A stretch of DNA of 63,799 nt, filler included, from Octopus bimaculoides (Eukaryota): assembly GCF_001194135.2 (NCBI RefSeq). It is 5 parts of 5 records of this genome, joined end to end, with 100 filler letters (N's around TTAATTAATTAA, not from the genome) between each part and the next. Parts side by side here need not be neighbours in the genome. Positions count along the whole stretch, not along the records: positions 26,851 to 58,679 come from NC_068991.1; positions 58,780 to 62,538 come from NW_026399152.1; positions 62,639 to 63,799 come from NW_026335232.1; 2 more parts are not named here. One strand, given 5' to 3'. A model generated the notes under the pieces. The model searched no databases. It was not told the origin of the DNA and saw only the letters and a program-made list of their open reading frames with translations. The translations under genes and the position numbers were made by a program. This document shows positions 56,584 through 63,799 of the stretch, piece after piece. Positions within the stretch are counted from its first letter, which is position 1. Each line of letters begins with the position of its first letter.

Positions 56584-57127
56584 TACACTTTGATAAATAT
56601 ACATATATATATACACACACATGCACACACATAGTATTATTGTGTTCAAGATCATAACAACAAACTGGGTTGACAAAGGAGATACAACTTGTTAGAAACA
56701 GCAACTGAATCCCACTCAAGTCATTTCACAAGAAATAAAGAGAGAACAAGTTGCATAAATAATCCTAGGTAGATTATTATGTCTGAATTAAAGGCAGCTC
56801 ATGACTGCTTGATGAGAGCTGACTGACCTAACAGTAAACAGCAATAACGAAGACAGTAGCAAACAACAAAAAACAACAGAAAATAACTGCAAATCAACAA
56901 GAGAACCTCTTTGCAACTGTTTCACGTGATAGAAATAGAAACCAAATTTCCCTCCTATCATACACTACTGTCTTTAAAAAAGGAAGGATATGTTGGATAA
57001 TGATGAATTTCTAGATATCCTAACCTGCAAGAGACCTGGATGGAGTATCTTAGATCATAAGTCAGCATAATCAATGCTGCCTTGGGCTAAAATCAGCAAC
57101 TACAATGGATACTAAGAAGTAACTCAC

Positions 57128-57265
57128 ATGTAAGATGGAATTTTATTCTCTGCAACTGGATTTCTCGCGTAGCTGCGGACTTTGTCTTGAATTTCCTTCC
57201 GCAAATGTTTGTTATGACATTTGTTGTTTACACATCCTTTTGAATTCTGATTTTCTATTTTCATC
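57128..57265 (-). CDS. FAM161A: FAM161A/B-like gene, internal coding exon (138 nt, phase 2 at both ends)
   Basis: Acceptor ttttcatttcag|G and donor AT|gtgagt. Open frame MKIENQNSKGCVNNKCHNKHLRKEIQDKVRSYARNPVAENKIPSY. The terminal AT joins the first A of the next exon to give I-KQQQDY in frame. Family similarity here is weak; support is mainly splice and phase fit. Not in the ORF track. Confidence 0.75.
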
Positions 57266-57554
57266 CTGAAATGAAAATTCCATTTTTACATATATGTGTG
57301 TGTGTGTGTGTGTGTGAATACATAAACATATAAATCATCAACATAATATAATGTTCATGTTCCATATTGACACAGCTTAGACAATTTGACAACCATCGAA
57401 CATGGAATTCTAGATGATGACGATGAGGAGGAGGAGGAGGAGGATGATGATGATGATGATGATATGTGTCTGTGTGTGTAGATACATGTATATATGTATG
57501 TATATATGTGTGTGTAGATGTGTATGCATATATATATATATATATATATATATG

Positions 57555-58330
57555 AAAAAACAGATGCAATCTTCCTAGTGAGGCTTCTGCAGGAGAAATA
57601 CTTGGCAAACCATTATTTATTGCTTTCATTGACTTGGAGAAAGCATCTGACAGATTACCACATTAAGAAAACAAGGCATTGATAAATGGCTTGTGAGAGC
57701 TGTATAAGCCATGTACAAAGATGCAGTAAAGTGAGTATCAACAATGATTTCAGTGATAAATTTTGTGTGAAAGTTGAGGCACAGCTTTCAGTTCCCTGTA
57801 AGTCATCATAGATCAACAGTCCGTCACAGAGGATTTTAAAACTAGAAATCCATGGGAACTCCTGTATATTGATGATCTACTTCTTATAACTGGATCTGTA
57901 GAAGAATTACAGAGGAAATTCTGAGTATGGATGCTAAGATTATATTTGAAAGGCCTTAAGGTAAACTTAAATAAAATAAAGACAAAGATTTTAGTAGGTA
58001 GGAAAGGAGGCAGGACCTTGGTACCTTCAGGGAAATGGTTTTACTCAATATATTGAAAAGAGTAGGTATAAGTTCCATATACTGTACCCAATGTAAGCTA
58101 TGGACATGCAAGAGATGTAGTGGCATCACAAGCAAACGAGCAGAGAACATAAGCTTATGTTCTCTATTAGTTTGCTTGTGATTCCACTACATCTCTTGCA
58201 TGTCCATAGCTTACATTGCATACAGTATATGGAGTTTATACCTACACTTTAGACTGTTGTGCACCACTGTTCAACCCATGCCAGCATGGAATAAAGACAT
58301 TGAATGATGATGGTGATGATGATGATGATG
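57555..58330 (+). mobile_element. RTE-like LINE fragment with internal fold-back inversion
   Basis: PLFIAFIDLEKASDR..., PWELLYIDDLLL, then the inverted duplication 58057-58250, then a 3' tail with (GAT)n. Confidence 0.8.
58057..58250. repeat. Loop-less palindrome with 97-bp arms
   Basis: Centre agagaacataag|cttatgttctct at 58153/58154; about 9 mismatches between arms. Confidence 0.92.
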
Positions 58331-58550
58331 ATCACACACACACACACACATATATTTTGTATATATAAATATATTATATTATATCATACTGTATTATATT
58401 ATATATCTTATACATATAGGTGCAGGAGTGGCTGTGTGATAAGAAGCTTGCTTCCTAACCACATGGTTCAAGGTTCAGTCCCACTGCATGCCTCGAGCTG
58501 ACCAAAGCCTTGTGAGTGAATTTGCTAGATAGAAACTGAAAGAAGCCTAT

Positions 58551-58592
<42 letters not shown>

Positions 58593-58679
58593 ATACCAAA
58601 GTGTACGTATGCCACTATATCTATATAAAAAGGAATACTAAAAATGGGACAAGAACACAAAACATCCAGACAGACGATA

Positions 58680-58779
58680 NNNNNNNNNNNNNNNNNNNNN
58701 NNNNNNNNNNNNNNNNNNNNNNNTTAATTAATTAANNNNNNNNNNNNNNNNNNNNNNNNNNNNNNNNNNNNNNNNNNNN
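58680..58779. other. Artificial scaffold-join spacer
   Basis: 44 N + TTAATTAATTAA + 44 N. Confidence 0.95.
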
Positions 58780-59258
58780 TCCAACCCATGCTAGCATGGA
58801 AAGCGGACGTTAAACGACGACGACGACAAAATCTTTTCCCTAAAATATGTGGCCTTTTGCTGTTGTAAGAAATCTTTATTATTAGTGACAGAATCAGTTG
58901 AGCAATGGACAAAAAAATACCGAATAGCCTTTCATTACATCTTCTCCCTTTCTGTGTTCAGCTCCTGATGGTTCATCTTTGTCTTTCATTTTTGTGAGAT
59001 TGATATAAGATATGGTACCAATCAAATAAATAATGAAGTAGATCTAATTTTTACTCTACCCTCACTTTTCCCATTAACCTGTGTCTGTATGTCCTTTGTG
59101 ACCATGTCAGAAATCGATATAATATTCAGATCTGCCTTTGCCTTCCATTCTTTCATAGTTAATAAAATAACCATCACTCAATCGACTATACATACTCTCC
59201 CTCCAAAATGTGTGGTATTGTGCTAAAGTCAGTGTTGAAATTCATTATTATTATTATT

Positions 59259-60860
59259 AAGGCAGTGAGCTGGCCAAATCGTTAGCACGCCAGACGAAAT
59301 GCTTAGCAGTATTTCACCTGCTGCTACATTCTGAGTTCAAATTCTGCTGAGGACGACTTTGCCTTTCATCCTTTCAGGGTCGGTGAAATAAGTACCAGTT
59401 ATGCACTGGGGTCAATGTAATCGACTATCCTCCTTCCCCCAAAATTTTCAACGCCTTGTTTAGAGCAGAAATAATAATAATAATAATAATAATTATTATT
59501 ATTAAAGTGGTGAGCTGACAGAATCGTTAGCAAGCCGGGTGAAATGCTTAGTGGTATTTTGCCTGCCACTATATTCTGAGTTCAAATTCCGCTGAGGTTG
59601 ACTTTCATCCTTTCGGGGTTGATAAAATAAATACCAGTTGAACACTGAGGTCAATGAAATTGACTATATCCCTCTCTTAACTCTCAGGCCTTGTGCCTTT
59701 AGTAAAAAGGATTATTATTTTATCAAAGTGGCAAGCTGGCCAAATCGTTAGCACTCCAGACGAAATGCTTTGCAGCATTTCGCCTGTTACTATGTTCTGA
59801 GTTCAAATTCTGCCAAGATTGACTTTGTCTTTCATCCTTTCAGAGTTGATAAATTAAGTACCAGTGAAACACTGGGGTTGATGTAATCGACTCGTCCCTT
59901 CCCCTTACATTTCAGGCATTGTGCCTATTGTAGAAAAGATTATTATTATTCTGCAGAGGTCACCTTTGCCTTTCATCTTTTCATGGTTGATAAATTAAGT
60001 ACCAGTTGAGTACTGGGGGGTTGATGTTATTGACTTAACCCGTTCCCCTTTATTTCAGGCCTTGTGTTTGTAGTAGAAAGGATTATTATCAGGGTGATGA
60101 ATTGACTGAATCGTTAGTGCGTTGGTCGAAATGCTGAACAACATTTTATTCAGTTTTATGTTCTGAGTTCAAATTCCACTGAAGTCTCAACTTTACCTTT
60201 TATCTGTGTGGGGTGGATATCAATAAATACCAGTCTAGTATTGGGGTTGATGTAATGGATTAGCCCCACAAACCCAAATTTTCAGGCTTTGTGCCTCTGA
60301 TAAAAAGAACTATTATTATAAATGTAATGGGCTGACCAAATCGTTAGTGCGTCGGATAAAATACTTAGTGGCATTTTTTCCGACTCTGCTGAGGTCAACT
60401 TTGCCTTTCATCCTTTGGGGATCAATAAAATAAGTACCAGTTGAACATAGGGGTCAGTGTAATCGACTTAACTCCCACCTAAAATTACTGTTTTTTTCCA
60501 AAATTAAAAATAATTACTGTTAGAATGGAGTATTGGCAGAATTATTGAAGTATTGGAAAATATGTTTTCCAGCATTTTTTCTTGCTTTTTACATTCTGAG
60601 TTCAAATGTTGCTGTAGTCAACTTTATCCATTTGAAGGGAAGAGGTTGATAAAATAAAGTACCAGTAAAATACTGGATTGATGTAATTAGCTATTACCTT
60701 ACCACTAAATTTCAGGCCTTGTATCTTTATGAGAAAAATTTTATTACTGAAAGTGGTGAATTGGTGGAGCTGTTTAAAGCTTTGGACAATCCGCCTTGCA
60801 ATATTTGCTGTAGCTCCTTACACTATGTGTTCAGTTCCTGCAAAGGTCAGCTTTGTCTTT

Positions 60861-60896
<36 letters not shown>

Positions 60897-62080
60897 CTAA
60901 AATTCATAGAATATTGCTACAGTTACATACTGGAGATAATAGAATCGGTTATAACCTTTTCCCAAATTTCTTGCCTGTGCCTATGTGAAAAAACAAAGGT
61001 CGTTGATCTGAACGATTGTTAGCACTTTGGACAAAATGTGGTATCCAGTTACATTCCATTATGTCCTGAATTCAGTTCCGTTGAGGTTGACTTTGCCTTT
61101 CATCCTTATGGGGACATACTTCTTGAGTACAGAGGTCAATGTAATTGACTAAGTTCCTCCCCAAATTTGTTGCTTTGTACTTATGTTAGAAATTATAATT
61201 ATCAAAAAGTTGGTGGATTGACAGAATATTTTGTTACAACCCTTCACATTCTGAGTTCAAACCTCACTGAGGATAAATAAAGTTAAAGATAAAAGAAATT
61301 ACTAGTCAACTATTGGGTTCAACTGTTCTCTACCTCCACCAATATCTGTCCATGTGCCTACCTAAGAGATCATTATTATTACGATTATTATTGGAGGTGA
61401 GCTGGCACAGTTGTTAGAGTGTCCAAAACAAAAAAATGCCTAGCGGTATTTCTAACAACTCACTATGTTCTGAGTTCAAATTCCACCAGGATCAACTTTG
61501 CTTTTCATCCCTTTGTGGTCGCTAAAATAAAGTACCTGTCAAGTACTGAGGTCAACTTGCCTTCTTCCCCGAAAAACTGCTGGCCCTGTGCTAAAAATTG
61601 AGACCATTATTATTTCTTCTGATTCTTTACATTCTGAGTTCAGATCCTGACAGGGGCAACTTAGCCTTTTATCCTTTTAGACTTATGTGTGGAGGAGAAG
61701 ACAGAATCGGTAGAGTATCAGAAAAAGTGTCAAGTGGCATTTACTTAAGTTCTTTTATTTTCTGAAATCAAAGGCTGCTAAGATTCACTTTGCCTTTCAT
61801 CCTTCCGAGAAGGATAAAATAAAATGAAATACTAGGAGCTAATTAAATTGACTGCACTAACTCCTATAAATTTGTGGCCTTTTGCCAATGCAAAACAAAA
61901 ATCATAAATATTATTTGTTCTGACTTTACGTTCTGTGTTCAAATTCTGCTGAGGTCAACTTTGACTTTCGACCCTTCAAAGTTAATAAAATAAAGTACCA
62001 GTCGAGTGCTGGGGTTCAGTGATATCGACTAATCCCCTCCTCTGACAATTGCCTGGCCTTGTGCCTAAATCCAAAAATTA
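59259..62080 (+). mobile_element. Tandem head-to-tail array of about 14 family A SINE copies
   Basis: ~200-230-bp units starting near 59259, 59505, 59725, 59951, 60090, 60320, 60525, 60750, 61000, 61205, 61391, 61620, 61690 and 61915. All have the same orientation and are linked by short (tta)n. Confidence 0.85.
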
Positions 62081-62538
62081 TTACCAAAAAAGAAAATGAA
62101 AACGTTTTCCTCTTAAACCATTGTTTCCCCATTTCATGTGAAGATATGATACTTTGTTCTTGCATCGGAAAATAAAGTACATTTTCTACAATTTTGTCTT
62201 TCTAGGAAATCACATGATGATGGAGATTATGGGTAACATTAGTTTTCAAATTTTATTTTACTTTTTGACATACATATCTACTTCAAATAAAGTTCTAAAA
62301 AAACATTTGAATATACGTTCATGTGTGTGTGTGTGTGTGTTTTCAGCTTTTAATAGTTTAAAACGATCATCTCTCAGAAGCCCTTTGTATGTAAAATTGG
62401 GTGTGTGTTGCCACAAGAAAATTAAAAACAGTTGGTGCTTTAGGAACAAAGTTCCTCGATATATTTGCTCTCTACTGAGCAACAAACACTCTTGGAAACC
62501 GGCAAGCTAACAACACTTTTCTTTTCACCAATTGCAAT

Positions 62539-62638
62539 NNNNNNNNNNNNNNNNNNNNNNNNNNNNNNNNNNNNNNNNNNNNTTAATTAATTAANNNNNN
62601 NNNNNNNNNNNNNNNNNNNNNNNNNNNNNNNNNNNNNN
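62539..62638. other. Artificial scaffold-join spacer
   Basis: 44 N + TTAATTAATTAA + 44 N. Confidence 0.95.
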
Positions 62639-62959
62639 ATACATGTGTGTGTGTGTGCGTATGGACGTAGGCGCGTTATTGTGTGTTTATTTTGTGTGAG
62701 GCTCTGTGTGTGTGACTGTGTCCATGTTTGCTTGTGTATAAGTATGGGTGTATATAATTAGAATTGATTCTATCATTAATATATGCAAATATGAAAAGCC
62801 GTAGATTTGTATAGCAAAAACTTACATAATGGTTACTGATGTCTGTGATAAATGCATGTTTATTTACAAACGTGGCCCCTCCCCACAAACACATACAAAT
62901 GTATCTATATGTTTTTTTTTACATAGAACTATCTAGCCATCGATCTATCGATCCATTTT

Positions 62960-63250
62960 CTACTACACAAGTGTGTAAGTCGATTCTATTAACCACAGTA
63001 CGAAACTGGTACTTATTTTATCGATTCGTAAGATTGAAACCTAAACTCGGCTCCGTTGGAATTTGAACTCAGAACGTAAAGACGGACGAAATGTCTCTAA
63101 GCATTCCGTCCGGCGTGCTAACGGTGGCGGCTTTAGCACTTTCAATAATATTGATTTCCAAATTTTGGCACACAATGCCAGCAGGTTAGGGGAAGGAGTT
63201 AAATCGATTACATCGACCCCAGTACTCAACTGGTACTTAATTTATCGACA
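62960..63250 (-). mobile_element. Two partial family A SINEs
   Basis: Reverse-complement family A head and tail segments in tandem. Confidence 0.7.
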
Positions 63251-63799
63251 TTAATTTAACAGAGAGGGGGACTGAACCTACAAGTATGTGATTGGTAAGC
63301 AAGCTACTTTATTTCATTTCAATTTGCCATAAAAGCAGTACACAGAGAGTAGCTACGGGCTGGACGAAAACATTAATGAAATGAAATGGATGATAAATAT
63401 GATGGTATAATGAGAGAAGGCAAAAGCCGCCCGCCGAACTTTGCTTCTTTATAACACTGTTCTTTATAAAATTAAATTTTCACGTTGAGGCTATGAACCT
63501 CGTACATAAAAAGTCATAAATTAAGACATTTGCCTCTTACGATTTTTCATTACACAATATGGGGCACTCGTCCTCTTAGGTTTTTTCGCCCGATATAGCC
63601 TTCGCTTCTCTCAAGCAAAACGATAAGTCTGGGTCGGGCCACTTTTCAATACTGAATTCGCCGAGGGGGAAGGAATTCACCAACGCACTTAAGTGCCTAC
63701 TCGACACGACCGCCGCAGACACCTGCGGAGGCCAGTCCGGATCCTTAGTACAGTTGAGGACTCCCTCTCTCTGACGCTTCCTTTTATTCACAAATTTCT

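Noticed and set aside
58920-59045. Minus-strand MKDKDEPSGAEHRKGEDVMKGYS as a candidate upstream FAM161 exon
   Set aside because: Available donors are phase 0 but the next exon needs phase 2; no family similarity; it lies across a scaffold join.

Overview
AT-rich, microsatellite- and retroposon-dense animal genomic DNA. The SINE/LINE repertoire and (TA)n/(TG)n load suggest a coleoid cephalopod, probably Octopus (inference, not a database result). The window is a concatenation of five assembly pieces joined by artificial 44N-TTAATTAATTAA-44N spacers: 1-12866, 12967-26750, 26851-58679, 58780-62538 and 62639-63799. The only host gene I can support is the 3' part of a FAM161A/B-like ciliary gene on the minus strand. 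It has three in-frame spliced exons: 57265-57128, 47290-47203 and 42037-41612. The rest is degraded LINEs (CR1/L2-like, RTE-like, R4/Dong-like), a Penelope-like GIY-YIG fragment, many tRNA-derived SINEs including a ~14-copy head-to-tail array, several MITEs and simple repeats. Almost all ORF-track entries are microsatellite or gap artefacts. The most interesting signals are: two minimal type-I hammerhead ribozyme motifs (~8.05-8.14 kb and ~40.73-40.84 kb); a symmetric FAM161 exon that may correspond to the alternatively spliced human exon, bracketed by two long intronic fold-back hairpins; and an interleaved double inverted repeat at 2.0-2.7 kb. No CRISPR, rRNA or true tRNA genes were seen. 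All coordinates and identities were counted by eye.
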